In this document: one piece after another, positions 36,375-46,746 of the stretch
Layout: every line of letters starts with the position of its first letter
Position numbering within the stretch: position 1 is the stretch's first letter
IMG/VR virus record: IMGVR_UViG_3300033182_000980
Location: 124,001 to 188,000 of that record
DNA: 64,000 nt
Strand: one strand, 5' to 3'
The notes under the pieces: model-generated
Databases searched by the model: none
What the model was told of the DNA's origin: nothing
Seen by the model: the letters and a program-made list of their open reading frames with translations, nothing else
Translations under genes and position numbers: made by a program

Positions 36375-38006
36375 ATGAGTTATAAAGACATACACCCACA
36401 CAATCCTCAGAAAAGGAGTTTACATCGACTTGTTTTAGGTCGGAAGATAAAGAACTCTAGGAATACAGATCCTTGCATTGCTGTTTGTATGCCAGGTAAA
36501 AGCTGTTGGGATATAGGCTTCTTATCTAAGTATGATTACAGGACTAACTCAAAGCCTTATGGACGCAGGTTCAAGAAGATCATTGCTATTGAGCGAGATG
36601 AAGGTACAGCAGATTTAATACGAGAAAAAACGAAGGATAACGATTTAGTTGAAGTTCATTGCTGTACAGTAGCAGAGTTTTTTAACGCTTATGAGGGCGA
36701 GAAGATCGGCTTTGTCTTTTTAGACTACTATTCTTCATTATCTCCTGTGATGATGCAAGACATTGAAGTGATTATTGAGCGTGGACTCTTAGAAAATGGT
36801 GCTAATCTCATACTTAATTTTTTTGGTGGTCGTGAAATAAAAGTTAATCAAATACGACAACAACGGCTTTTTAGGGCTTTGATTAAATCAATGGGTTCTG
36901 ATGAGACTTGGGAGAAAGCTGGTAAGGACAGGAGAAGGTGTCTCGCATTCAATGGGTTTTTAAGGAAAACAGCGAACAGTTTAACAGAGCAAGGAACATA
37001 CTCATCAGTCATGCCCCCTACTTGGTATAGGTATAAGACGCTCAAGGGTTTAACTATGCTCACTTGTGCCTTTTCGTTTTTGAAGCAAAGAGGCCACAAA
37101 AAGACCTCGACTAAAGCTACAGAAAAATGGCTCTTACTTGGTTCAGATGGGCTAAAAGAACATAAGACGAATGTAGTTTGTAGAGATATGTTTGAAGTGG
37201 AATACTTGGTGAGTAGCTTTTATGATAAGTATCATTATACACCACAGCCAAGAAACTTGGGGGTAGCTTCGGATACGAGACTTGGGATTGCAATAGACAA
37301 TCTTGGTCTTTGTCCTCGATCACTCCCAACTATAGATCAAATCAAAGGTGAGCTTGGACGCATCTATCAAAGGGAGGGTTATATCTCAATGCACTTTCTG
37401 TACAAGGCAAAGTTGCCTGTGACTTGGAAGGCTTTTAAGGTGGCAGATTATGCTTCTTTGTGTGATGAGATGAACATCCCACATCGCCTCTATGTTCAGT
37501 TAGTGAACAAAATGAGAACTAGGTATGAAACCTTTGTGGAGTATCTTGACCACAGGAAAAGGGGAGGTCGTATCACAGACTTTAAGAGAGATAATCTTCG
37601 TAAGCAGATTGGGGGTCGCAAACTTAAATCTACCCCTCTTTCATACTTTGAAGATGAGCTTACAGATATGCAGTCCTGGTTCCAACAAAGAGGTCTTAAC
37701 TTGGATGGTAGCTTACCTTTTTCGTATTCCGAGGACGAGATAAAGCAACGATACTTGGAGGGAGAAGCTGTGAAAAGCCTCGCCTCTTATTACATCTTGA
37801 CCGAGAGAAGGGTGAAGGAGGTCTTGAAAAGTCTGTCTGTAGATCGGTTGACTAGATCTGATCGCATCTACGAGATGACGGAAGATATACTTTTTGACTA
37901 CGAGCTTGGTTTTACTATCAATCAGTTAGGGGCAAAATACGATTTGCCTTTTGCTACTGTAAAGAGTGTTTTGGGTTCAAATCATATAAGTAACCTAACC
38001 CACTAA
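36375..38006 (+). CDS. SAM-methyltransferase-fold protein with C-terminal HTH repeats
   Basis: IIAIERD, FVFLDYY, LILNFFGGRE; two C-terminal HTH-like units. Confidence 0.55.
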   Translation: MSYKDIHPHNPQKRSLHRLVLGRKIKNSRNTDPCIAVCMPGKSCWDIGFLSKYDYRTNSKPYGRRFKKIIAIERDEGTADLIREKTKDNDLVEVHCCTVAEFFNAYEGEKIGFVFLDYYSSLSPVMMQDIEVIIERGLLENGANLILNFFGGREIKVNQIRQQRLFRALIKSMGSDETWEKAGKDRRRCLAFNGFLRKTANSLTEQGTYSSVMPPTWYRYKTLKGLTMLTCAFSFLKQRGHKKTSTKATEKWLLLGSDGLKEHKTNVVCRDMFEVEYLVSSFYDKYHYTPQPRNLGVASDTRLGIAIDNLGLCPRSLPTIDQIKGELGRIYQREGYISMHFLYKAKLPVTWKAFKVADYASLCDEMNIPHRLYVQLVNKMRTRYETFVEYLDHRKRGGRITDFKRDNLRKQIGGRKLKSTPLSYFEDELTDMQSWFQQRGLNLDGSLPFSYSEDEIKQRYLEGEAVKSLASYYILTERRVKEVLKSLSVDRLTRSDRIYEMTEDILFDYELGFTINQLGAKYDLPFATVKSVLGSNHISNLTH

Positions 38007-38021
38007 GGTTAGGAGAACCCT

Positions 38022-38426
38022 ATGAAAATACCCCCTTGGAAAGATGCCTTTCACCAATACTTGAACTCAATTGAGGAGCGTGAGCGAGAGGCTTATTCCA
38101 CCATATTCAACTCGGAGCTTGGACTAAGGGTTGATCTATCACACCCACTCAAAGGCGTGACTTCTATTAAGTTTGAAGGCACTCCAGAGAGCATTGAGAA
38201 GATTGAGGGCATCTGTGATGTGGTTAAAAACTATGTCCGAGTCTATACGATCACAAATCGTGGTAGAAATCTGTTAGATACCATGCCCATTTACGACTTT
38301 GATAACATCGTCTGTGATAAAGACACGCTCAAGGCTTTTATTGCCGAGAACAAGACGAGGTATCCAAACTACAATCACTTGGTAGACTTTTATCAAGTGG
38401 TCATTTCTGGGTTGAGAGGATATTGA
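38022..38426 (+). CDS. Hypothetical protein
   Basis: RBS AGGAG. Confidence 0.6.
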   Translation: MKIPPWKDAFHQYLNSIEEREREAYSTIFNSELGLRVDLSHPLKGVTSIKFEGTPESIEKIEGICDVVKNYVRVYTITNRGRNLLDTMPIYDFDNIVCDKDTLKAFIAENKTRYPNYNHLVDFYQVVISGLRGY

Positions 38427-38427
38427 T

Positions 38428-38781
38428 ATGTATACGACTGATAAATGTGTTGAGGACGAGGTTTACTGCAATGTCAGTATGCTCATGGCAGAAATCTTAA
38501 AGAACTCCGATGCTGTGGAGTCCGAGTGGTATGAGGAGCTGTTCTATGTCCTTCAAGACATGGAGGAGGTGGAGTCCATGCGTGAGAATGGGGATTGCTA
38601 TGTTGAGCCATTGAGCTTCTGGGCGATCTCGGAGCGTCTAGCCGTGTTCTTGAAGCTAGAGGGCCATCCTGTCACGAACTACTTTGGTACATGGATTTGG
38701 GGTCGCCCCACACATGGACAGTTGATTAAGTGCGATGGTGTGATTGAGAAGTTTGTTGAGGAGGTCAACGCTTCTCTTTAA
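38428..38781 (+). CDS. Hypothetical protein
   Basis: Coupled to the upstream ORF. Confidence 0.6.
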   Translation: MYTTDKCVEDEVYCNVSMLMAEILKNSDAVESEWYEELFYVLQDMEEVESMRENGDCYVEPLSFWAISERLAVFLKLEGHPVTNYFGTWIWGRPTHGQLIKCDGVIEKFVEEVNASL

Positions 38782-38793
38782 TAGTTTCTTTAT
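38782..38793 (+). promoter_or_regulatory. Motif B (TAGTTTCTTTAT)
   Basis: Upstream of leader-tagged ORF 38831. Confidence 0.55.
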
Positions 38794-38830
38794 AGGCTTC
38801 TCATAAGTAATCGACAAAGGAGAATGACTT

Positions 38831-39253
38831 ATGAAGAGAAACGCATCTGAACTGATAAGAAATCTTGAACAACGAGTAGCTAGACTTGAGCAAACAAAAA
38901 CTGCTGGTGGTCTGCCTCTTGAGTTACACTTTTACGAGGGCAAGGTAGGAGTTGCTGTGGACTCGGACACCCCCGCTTCTACCGAACTTAAAAGCCTCTA
39001 CCATTCTGATGTTAAAGAGCAATCACTAGGGTATGAGATTGTTTATTTCAAAGAGCCACGACTTACTACACAGGGCGTTGATACACTTCGGATATGGGGT
39101 GGTGGAAAAACCATATCGAGAGGGAAGCTGACTCCCAAAAACAGCTCGGTAGATCAAAGGGATCTCGTTCTAAAGTTGTACTTGAACCCTATGCTTTATA
39201 CATACCTCAAAAAGCTATTTGATCTTACTACGACCGAGATTACTATCTACTAA
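38831..39253 (+). CDS. Leader-tagged protein 5 (MKRNASELIRNLEQRVARLEQTKTAG)
   Basis: Shared leader; RBS AAAGGAG. Confidence 0.85.
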   Translation: MKRNASELIRNLEQRVARLEQTKTAGGLPLELHFYEGKVGVAVDSDTPASTELKSLYHSDVKEQSLGYEIVYFKEPRLTTQGVDTLRIWGGGKTISRGKLTPKNSSVDQRDLVLKLYLNPMLYTYLKKLFDLTTTEITIY

Positions 39254-39257
39254 AGGT

Positions 39258-39752
39258 CTACCTCAGCCATGAGGGGATTCTCTTGGTGTACTTATCTGCT
39301 AACTTAGAAGCACACCAAGCGTTCGGTTTAACCTCTACACTATCGTAGCCATACCCTCTCACCATAGCGACAAGAGAACGAGAGAACCTACCTGTTTTGT
39401 GGCTTGTGTTCTCATGGCTAACATCTAGGTGGATAGAGATGTTAGCGTGTGGGATTGCCTCTGTGATCTGACAAGCGATTTCTATTGTTGATTGAGCTTC
39501 GGAGAACACACGCTCATAGAGGCTGTGATGCTTTGGGCGTTCTTTATGTTCTAGGTAAAAGTATCGGCAGTGGTATTCTGGATCATCGCAGAGGACTGCG
39601 ATCACAGAGACTAAAAAAGTACCAGAGTTGAATGGCTGGCTATCAGTTCCTAAAACGATCTCGTGTTCGTGCCGAGATGCTTTTTTTAGGAACTGGATAA
39701 TACAGTCATACTCTATGATTTTTTTAGTGCCTGTTTTCCACATCACCTCCAC
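39258..39752 (-). CDS. RNase H-like YkuK-family protein
   Basis: IVLGTDSQ, R.F.EA..TI..A, IHLDV, VKP.AW.AS..AD. Confidence 0.8.
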   Translation of the reverse strand: MEVMWKTGTKKIIEYDCIIQFLKKASRHEHEIVLGTDSQPFNSGTFLVSVIAVLCDDPEYHCRYFYLEHKERPKHHSLYERVFSEAQSTIEIACQITEAIPHANISIHLDVSHENTSHKTGRFSRSLVAMVRGYGYDSVEVKPNAWCASKLADKYTKRIPSWLR

Positions 39753-39802
39753 CTTTCATTATTTGTTTATAGTTAATCATACCATATAAAGGAGGGCTAC
39801 TT

Positions 39803-40909
39803 ATGTTTCACCATTTAACCTTAGCTGTAAGAGACAGAATGATCAAAGAGCTACAAGAGTATTGGCAGGATCACCCTCGATACAAGACTCTTGCTCAAAA
39901 CATCCAAGGGAAATATGCCTTTGATGAGCGACCCCAGTTTGGGATGGTGGTCAAGACAGGGGGTGCTAGTAATGTTGTCCTTAGTCCAGATAACTTTATA
40001 GCCACCGTCAAAGGTTCAGTTGTTTTAGCGAGTGTGCTTGGCAAGAAAAGCGTAGCGATTGAGTGGGTGAGGGAGTCCACTTTTGAGACACCGAGAAAAG
40101 GGGTGTATCATTTTAAGTTTGCTAAAGCACAAGGCACAGACCCTAATAAATATGTCATCACACAGGATATATATCAGTACCAAAAAGAGGATGTGCTGAT
40201 CTTTACGAACCCGACTACGATTGAGCTACTTGAAGAACCAGTAGCTAACTCGTTTAGGTTGATAGAAGATCCTTCAGGTCGTCTGTTGGAATCAACAGAG
40301 TATACTCGTAATGGCACAACAGTCACTTTGGCTGAAGAAGTACCTAGAGGCTTAAGTCTAAGAGCACAATACACATATAAAGAGGCAGATGCTCCCGACC
40401 CTTACACAGTATATCCCGATCAAGTGTATCGAGAAATCATACCTGGTTGCCTTATAGCGATTGGGAGATGGATTGAAGATGGAGATGAACAGATCATAGT
40501 GGTAGAGGAATCACAGCAAGCTACCTATCACGAGTACGGAGGTCGCTGGGATATAAGCGTAGACATTGATCTTGTGACTAGGGATGTTCATAGCCAAGCC
40601 GACATAGCCGATAGGACTGTTGTTTGGCTTTGGTCTAGCCTTAGACCTAAGCTCGCCAATCTAGGGTTAGAGGTTTCGGATGTGAGCTTGGGTGGTGAGG
40701 GTGAAGAGGTATATGACGATAACGCTGACGATTATTTTTACACAGCGAGCATGAGTCTATCTATCCAAGCGGATTGGTTTGTTCACTTCCCACTGGTCAT
40801 ACCTTTGTTGAGGTATAACTTAGAGGGCGTTGTGCCTGTTAAAGAGATTATCACCTCACCCGTAGCTGGTATCGGGTCTGATACTGATTTCTTACAGAGG
40901 CTTCTTTAA
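39803..40909 (+). CDS. Putative tail completion/terminator-type structural protein
   Basis: Upstream of the sheath gene; Ig-like insert VTLAEEVPRGLSLRAQY; C-terminal fold inferred only. Confidence 0.5.
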   Translation: MFHHLTLAVRDRMIKELQEYWQDHPRYKTLAQNIQGKYAFDERPQFGMVVKTGGASNVVLSPDNFIATVKGSVVLASVLGKKSVAIEWVRESTFETPRKGVYHFKFAKAQGTDPNKYVITQDIYQYQKEDVLIFTNPTTIELLEEPVANSFRLIEDPSGRLLESTEYTRNGTTVTLAEEVPRGLSLRAQYTYKEADAPDPYTVYPDQVYREIIPGCLIAIGRWIEDGDEQIIVVEESQQATYHEYGGRWDISVDIDLVTRDVHSQADIADRTVVWLWSSLRPKLANLGLEVSDVSLGGEGEEVYDDNADDYFYTASMSLSIQADWFVHFPLVIPLLRYNLEGVVPVKEIITSPVAGIGSDTDFLQRLL

Positions 40910-40921
40910 TAGTTTATTTAT
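40910..40921 (+). promoter_or_regulatory. Motif B (TAGTTTATTTAT)
   Basis: Upstream of ORF 40954 and the sheath gene. Confidence 0.55.
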
Positions 40922-40953
40922 GAATCAACTTATACAAGAGAAAGGGTCTATTT

Positions 40954-41385
40954 ATGCCTATCCTAAAGTTCCAATGCACAAGTTGTGGTTTCTCACAGCG
41001 TAAAAGAGTCTCACGAGGTACTGATAGTATATCATGTACTTGTGGGGAAAGTGCATTTGCTGAAGGCTCTCCTAACCTCACAGTTGGCTTTCAAGCTGAT
41101 GTCTCTCAATCAATGCGTGTTCAAGACTCTGGAATAGAGTCTTTCGACATGGATTATGATCGAGTCATCGGTGAAGATGCCAAAGCGAAGTGGGATATAG
41201 TCTATAGGAGAAATCGGGATAAATGGGACATCTTACATTCTACGGGTGACTCTGGGAATGACATAATGAGATTACCCGATGGGTCATACGATTCTTTGCC
41301 AGATCCAGCGAAGGTTTATCGTGAGACTCGTCTGGATGGAATGAATAAACTTGAACAACAAAGATCATCCTCAACTAAGGAGTAA
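40954..41385 (+). CDS. FmdB-like zinc-ribbon protein
   Basis: MP..KFQCTSCG...CTCG. Confidence 0.7.
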   Translation: MPILKFQCTSCGFSQRKRVSRGTDSISCTCGESAFAEGSPNLTVGFQADVSQSMRVQDSGIESFDMDYDRVIGEDAKAKWDIVYRRNRDKWDILHSTGDSGNDIMRLPDGSYDSLPDPAKVYRETRLDGMNKLEQQRSSSTKE

Positions 41386-41390
41386 AGCTC

Positions 41391-44300
41391 ATGGCTATTG
41401 AAGGCGGCTACGCACCACCTGGTGTTTACACCCGAACAATTTTTGAAGATACCAATACTAATCTCGCTCAGCTACAAGGGAAAGTACCTACCCTCATTGG
41501 TGTAGGTAAACAAACCTTTTCTGTGACTGGTAGTGAGTTAGTGAGGGGGTCTTCTGCAACCATAGATCAAAGGATTGTAGAAGAAGATCCTACAGGTCGA
41601 ATGATTGCTGACACAAACCCCGATGGTTCTTTTGTCCTCTCTGACTTTGATGGTGTCTTGACAGAAGTATATGTGAGACACTTCCCAATCGTAACTGGAG
41701 ACGGATCGGGAACTACCTCAAATACCCCTAGCTCTGTATCAGCGACTATCAATGGCAACGCTACTGTTATCCTTGAGGTTGATGGTGCGAATGGGAAAAT
41801 TCGTCTCGCAGAAGCACCGAGTCAAGGTGATGATGTTAGGATTTCTTACTTCTTCAATCGTACAGATACTTTTGTTGAAGATGAGGTTTTAACCTCACAG
41901 GTTTCTGATTTCCAAACAGAGATCAGAGGTTCTGCTTCTACTTTTGTGATCACTGCCGAGACTAATACTCTTATCCTCACTTGTGACGGTGAGACTCAAG
42001 TCCTCACACTTGGTGTTGAAGCAAATAGAGCCGACTCTCTCGATAAGGTTCAGAACATCATTAATGGTGCGAGTATTGGATCACTTGAGGCAAGCACCTA
42101 TGTAGACCAAGACGGCTCGGAGAACCTTCTTCTTTCTGCTGATGGCGAAATCATCGTAGGTGCAGGTTCTGCTAACCTCGCTCTTGGTATTTACACCAAT
42201 CAGAGAGGCACAGCTAGAAATCGTACCTTCTTCACCACGAACGGACCGATTGTTGACGGAACAAACGCTGGTGTCATCACTACTGATGTTAGCCTCATCA
42301 CAGTTAAAGTAAATAACGCTGTCGTTCAAGCCGAGTCTGTTGACGGTGCAAATGGGTCGTTTACTCTTGCGAGTCCTCCATCGGTTGGCTCGACAGTAAG
42401 TGTTTCTTACTACCACAACACATTCCGAGATCAGTTCGATTACATCCCTGGTCGTGATGTTAAATCACTTGATCGTGTTTCACTTGTTGCGAGTGGTGGA
42501 GGAGCGGCAGCTCAGTTCATTCAAGATGTAGATTTCGTACTACATGACGATAAGATCGTTTGGGGTACTGCTTCAATCGTATCTCAAGGTGATATCCAGA
42601 CTGGTAATACTGCATTCGGCACTACTCAAGTTTCAGCCCTTCTTCGTGATGAGCGTGGGTATCTCTTAGAGTGTTCTCCTGTTGTTAACACTAGCGTGAT
42701 CCCACCAAGAGTCCTAGCAAATACCTTTAAACTCCCTTATCAGCCTGTGGACGGTACAGGGTCGGGTATTCCTAGCTCTAATCCAGCTCTTATCCAAGTA
42801 CGCACAGGCGTTTCATTTGCTGACGCACTAGAAAACCCTGTAGCGACTGTGACTAGAGTTGATCCAGCTACTTCACAGATTACTCTTGCGACAGCACCAC
42901 CTACAAACCACAAGGTGTTCGCTACATTCTTCTATAGCATCCTCCAAGATCGCTTTGATCTTAATGCTTATAATGTGGCAGTTGAAACCGTTGGTGCAAG
43001 TGGTATTGGTACATACACCCTTACTTCTGGTACGACATCATTCTTCGGAGCAGAGCTTACAGCTAAGGGGGCTGATCTCTCCGAGGTTGTGGTCGAGTTC
43101 CCAAGTGGTTCAGAAGCTCTTATCGGCACTCGTTTCTCTGGTGGTGTTCCTGTAGAGGAGACTATCACACTTGAGTTTGGTGATTTTGAGGCTACTCCAG
43201 CAGTCTTCTTTGCCGAGGGGTCAGCTTCTTATTACCTTGTTCAAGGTCAGAGCGACACTCTTAATATCACAGTAGATGCACAGCCTGTGGTTGTTGAGTT
43301 CGATCAGCCTACCGAGGGTGGTCGTACAGGACACATCACACACCAAGTTGGTGAGGTTCTTCCTTACACAGCAGAGTCAAACAACGCTGATCTTGGTACA
43401 GGGATTTCTACTTCGGTTGATCTCGTTGTTGATGGTAAGGCACTTGCTTCGGCTACTGTTGCTGGTGATGACAAGACTGTCGATCACCTTATCACAGAAA
43501 TCAACACACAGGCAGAGGCTGTTCCAGCTTCTTACACTGCCATGTCCCCATTCGGATCATGGGAGGCTAAGAACAACACCTTTAAGTCGTTCGAGTTTAG
43601 GTATGTAGGTTCTACGAGTGGGCCTTCTGCAACTTTGACAGCTACCATTGCCGAAGCAGTTTATGGTAATGCGTCTGCTCTTGCAGGTGACTCTGACCTA
43701 GCTGATGTAAATAACTCGACAGGTGTCAATAAAGCGATTCAGACAGCGATTGAGACTTATGTTGCAGGTGCAGGAGCCGCTGTCTTTGATGGTCTTGAGA
43801 TCACAGTAAGTGCTGATACAAGCAACCGTCTTGTTTTCTCACTTGTTGGCGTTCCTAATGTTGCAGATGGTGCAGGTGGGGATGACGATTTCGGATATGT
43901 GGAGTTCATTGGTGCTGATGATGATACCTTCCTATCAGTAGCTGGTATCGACTATGATGTTGCAGGTGGTACTCAGTCTAAGTGGGGTCAGCTACCTGTA
44001 GCTTCTAAGGTTTCCACAGCTCTTGGTGGTGGTGCTCTTAGAGATCGTTTGATTCTCAAGAACCGAACCTTTGTAGGTAATAACTACTACCCACCTGTTG
44101 ATCTTGGCTTGAGCGTCACCACTGGTACTAACCTTGATCTTATGGGTATTTCACCTACCCTTAATGTTGTAGGCACTCGTACCTCAATCCTCGATAAACC
44201 TTCTATCCGACTTACAGTTGGATGGGACGAGGTTGACGCTAACGGTATTCCAGCTAAGATTCTTTACAATGGTGATACAGAGGATGCTAATAACATCCTT

Positions 44301-46250
44301 TCATTGACCATTGATGGCACACCGATTTCTGTGAACTTGCTTCACACTCAACTTAACGCTTATGTAGATGGTGACACTCTTGATGTGGCTGACATTGTAG
44401 ATCAGTTAAACGATGGAGTGGAAGGTCTTATCCATGCGACAGCGTATGTTGAGGGTCAGTACATTCGTATCGTGAGCAACAAAAACACCACTACCTCTTA
44501 CATTAAGGTTGGTTCAGGTTCAGCTAACACAGCCTTTGGGTTGACCGAGAATACTGTTGTAGCGACTAAGGGTCTTTCAGCTCAGTCGCTATCAGATGCT
44601 CTTATGAGTAGTCTTGAGGCTAATGCTGATATTAAGGACGCTCTATTCTCCACAGATCAGACTGGTGGTGCGGCTGATAAGTTTGGTACTAACGCTGTAG
44701 CTCTTATCCACACAGATGCTGTTGGGAAACAGTATCTTGGATTCGAGTCTCTTTCAGTAGGTGTGGCGAGTATTCTTGATGTGACTGGTGGTAATGTTGC
44801 CACCACTAAGGGTACAGGTCTAAAGATCACCGCCGATTCGGGTGCTGTTGGGGAAGCCTCTTATCAAGGCTATAACCTCTCATCAAACAATCCTAATGGT
44901 ACAGGTTCAGCAGGCACTTCTACCCTCAAGGATGGTGTAGGTGCAGACGGTCGTATCAGTCAGACTTATGTTGACTCTGTGACAGGGTTCTCAATCACTA
45001 TCCTCCCTAGAGAGGGTGGTATAGAGTACCCGACAGGTGCAGATGCGACTATGACCTTTAATGTAAGCTCTAGCCTTAAGACTAATGCGAACATTCCACA
45101 GTACGCTATTCCAGGTGTCTCATTGGTTGTTTCTAACACCCTTGATACAGCGATTGGTGATAACGCACTTGTAGAGACTTTCTACAAGGGTGGTAAAGAG
45201 CCTACTATCGGTCAGACTTATTACATCGACTTCACTAGAGATCGCTCGAACTTCAACACTCGTACCTTCTCTAACCTTGCCGATGTGGTTCGCACTTATG
45301 GTGAGATTTCTCTTGAGAACACCTTATCAATGGGTGCATTCCTTGCGTTCTCGAATGGGGCGACAGCACTTGCTTGTAAGCAGATCCAACTTGATGTTAA
45401 TCAGACTGCCCCTACCGAAGATCAGATGGTGACAGCACTTCAAGAGATTGAGGGTGAGATTGTGCCAGGTCTTTCACCAAGTGTGGTCGTACCTCTCATG
45501 CCTGCTTCGACAGCCCTTCTCTCAGCGATTTCTAATCACTGTGATGTTCAGTCCTCGCTTCGTTATCGTTCAGAGCGTAGAGCTGTTCTCGGTTGTGCAG
45601 TTGGTACTCAACCTCGTGATGCTCAAGCTCTCGCTCAAGCGACAGGGAACTCTCGTGTATGTTTGATTTATCCAGACATTGCAAACATTCGTTTCACCGA
45701 CTCTCAAGGTGTGTCTCAGAGCTACTTCGTAGGTGGTGAGATGATCGCAGTTGCAGTTGCGATGGCTACTTCTAATCCAGCACTAGACTCGGCTACTCCT
45801 TGGACTAACCGATCTGTTAATGGGTTCACTGATCTTGGTCGTATCCTTGATGATGTTGATGCGAATACCACAGCGAATGCAGGTATTACTGTCCTCAAGC
45901 AGACTCCACAAGGCATCCAGGTTCGTCATGGTCTAACCACCAATATGACTTCTGTGTTGACCAAGACCCCGACAGTCGTTCAGATCGCTGACGATGTTCA
46001 CTTGCGAGTACGCAATCTCTGTAATCGTTATATCGGTCAAAAGTTTGTTCCGAATACGATTTCTCAGATTGAGGGTCGTGTGAATGGACTCTTTAAGCAG
46101 TTGGTTCGAGATCAGATCATCTCGACTTACACAGGTCTTACTGTAGCGACTGACCCGAATGACCCAACAGGTCTTTTGGTTGATGTGTTCTACAAGCCTG
46201 TATATCCTCTCCTTTACATTCAGTTTACCTTTACTGTTCAAGGTAGCTGA
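41391..46250 (+). CDS. Contractile tail sheath protein (1619 aa, with inserted domains)
   Basis: N-terminal YAPPGVYTRT; sheath C-terminal domain (R.CLIYP, G.TVL, VRHGL.T, YIGQKF, V.Y.PVYPL.YI.F.F). Confidence 0.85.
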   Translation: MAIEGGYAPPGVYTRTIFEDTNTNLAQLQGKVPTLIGVGKQTFSVTGSELVRGSSATIDQRIVEEDPTGRMIADTNPDGSFVLSDFDGVLTEVYVRHFPIVTGDGSGTTSNTPSSVSATINGNATVILEVDGANGKIRLAEAPSQGDDVRISYFFNRTDTFVEDEVLTSQVSDFQTEIRGSASTFVITAETNTLILTCDGETQVLTLGVEANRADSLDKVQNIINGASIGSLEASTYVDQDGSENLLLSADGEIIVGAGSANLALGIYTNQRGTARNRTFFTTNGPIVDGTNAGVITTDVSLITVKVNNAVVQAESVDGANGSFTLASPPSVGSTVSVSYYHNTFRDQFDYIPGRDVKSLDRVSLVASGGGAAAQFIQDVDFVLHDDKIVWGTASIVSQGDIQTGNTAFGTTQVSALLRDERGYLLECSPVVNTSVIPPRVLANTFKLPYQPVDGTGSGIPSSNPALIQVRTGVSFADALENPVATVTRVDPATSQITLATAPPTNHKVFATFFYSILQDRFDLNAYNVAVETVGASGIGTYTLTSGTTSFFGAELTAKGADLSEVVVEFPSGSEALIGTRFSGGVPVEETITLEFGDFEATPAVFFAEGSASYYLVQGQSDTLNITVDAQPVVVEFDQPTEGGRTGHITHQVGEVLPYTAESNNADLGTGISTSVDLVVDGKALASATVAGDDKTVDHLITEINTQAEAVPASYTAMSPFGSWEAKNNTFKSFEFRYVGSTSGPSATLTATIAEAVYGNASALAGDSDLADVNNSTGVNKAIQTAIETYVAGAGAAVFDGLEITVSADTSNRLVFSLVGVPNVADGAGGDDDFGYVEFIGADDDTFLSVAGIDYDVAGGTQSKWGQLPVASKVSTALGGGALRDRLILKNRTFVGNNYYPPVDLGLSVTTGTNLDLMGISPTLNVVGTRTSILDKPSIRLTVGWDEVDANGIPAKILYNGDTEDANNILSLTIDGTPISVNLLHTQLNAYVDGDTLDVADIVDQLNDGVEGLIHATAYVEGQYIRIVSNKNTTTSYIKVGSGSANTAFGLTENTVVATKGLSAQSLSDALMSSLEANADIKDALFSTDQTGGAADKFGTNAVALIHTDAVGKQYLGFESLSVGVASILDVTGGNVATTKGTGLKITADSGAVGEASYQGYNLSSNNPNGTGSAGTSTLKDGVGADGRISQTYVDSVTGFSITILPREGGIEYPTGADATMTFNVSSSLKTNANIPQYAIPGVSLVVSNTLDTAIGDNALVETFYKGGKEPTIGQTYYIDFTRDRSNFNTRTFSNLADVVRTYGEISLENTLSMGAFLAFSNGATALACKQIQLDVNQTAPTEDQMVTALQEIEGEIVPGLSPSVVVPLMPASTALLSAISNHCDVQSSLRYRSERRAVLGCAVGTQPRDAQALAQATGNSRVCLIYPDIANIRFTDSQGVSQSYFVGGEMIAVAVAMATSNPALDSATPWTNRSVNGFTDLGRILDDVDANTTANAGITVLKQTPQGIQVRHGLTTNMTSVLTKTPTVVQIADDVHLRVRNLCNRYIGQKFVPNTISQIEGRVNGLFKQLVRDQIISTYTGLTVATDPNDPTGLLVDVFYKPVYPLLYIQFTFTVQGS

Positions 46251-46259
46251 TTAAAGGAA

Positions 46260-46301
46260 AGTCCTCTCTAAGAGCCATTCTCGCAACTCTTAGAGAGGAC
46301 T
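46260..46301. terminator. Perfect 15-bp hairpin between convergent genes
   Basis: AGTCCTCTCTAAGAG / CTCTTAGAGAGGACT with a 12-nt loop. Confidence 0.8.
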
Positions 46302-46304
46302 AGG

Positions 46305-46565
46305 TTAGGCGAACTTCCTGTTCACTATTGCTGATGCTAGGGTTTGGGCGAAGGACTCTTGGGTCGCAAGGTTCTGCCGAACAAAGTCCTTTGCTTCCTT
46401 GAGTGATGGTGGTGCGGAGACTGTGATGCCACAGTCTTTGTAGTAGTCGATCTCAAGAGCCACATGGTAGTTGCTCCCGTACTTCTTGATGAACCCCAAT
46501 GGAGTGTCGTCAAGGTAGATGTTCCATCGTCCTCTGCGATTTTTTGTTTCGATCTTAAGAGTCAT
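46305..46565 (-). CDS. Hypothetical protein
   Basis: RBS AAGGAG. Confidence 0.65.
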   Translation of the reverse strand: MTLKIETKNRRGRWNIYLDDTPLGFIKKYGSNYHVALEIDYYKDCGITVSAPPSLKEAKDFVRQNLATQESFAQTLASAIVNRKFA

Positions 46566-46746
46566 GCTGGTTCTCCTTCCAAGCGTTCATAGCGGCCATA
46601 GCCTCCTCTTCTGTCATGTGTGCCGAGAGGATGTCTCCACCTACCTCGAACACCCACACATCAGAGCCATCAATGTCCAGCCCTTCCCAATAGACTGAAC
46701 AAACACATCGTAAAGTATCTTTCATCTTATTCTCCTTTAGTTTCGA

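Noticed and set aside
41567-45916. Short ORFs nested in the sheath gene
   Set aside because: Alternate-frame artefacts of a long, codon-biased CDS.
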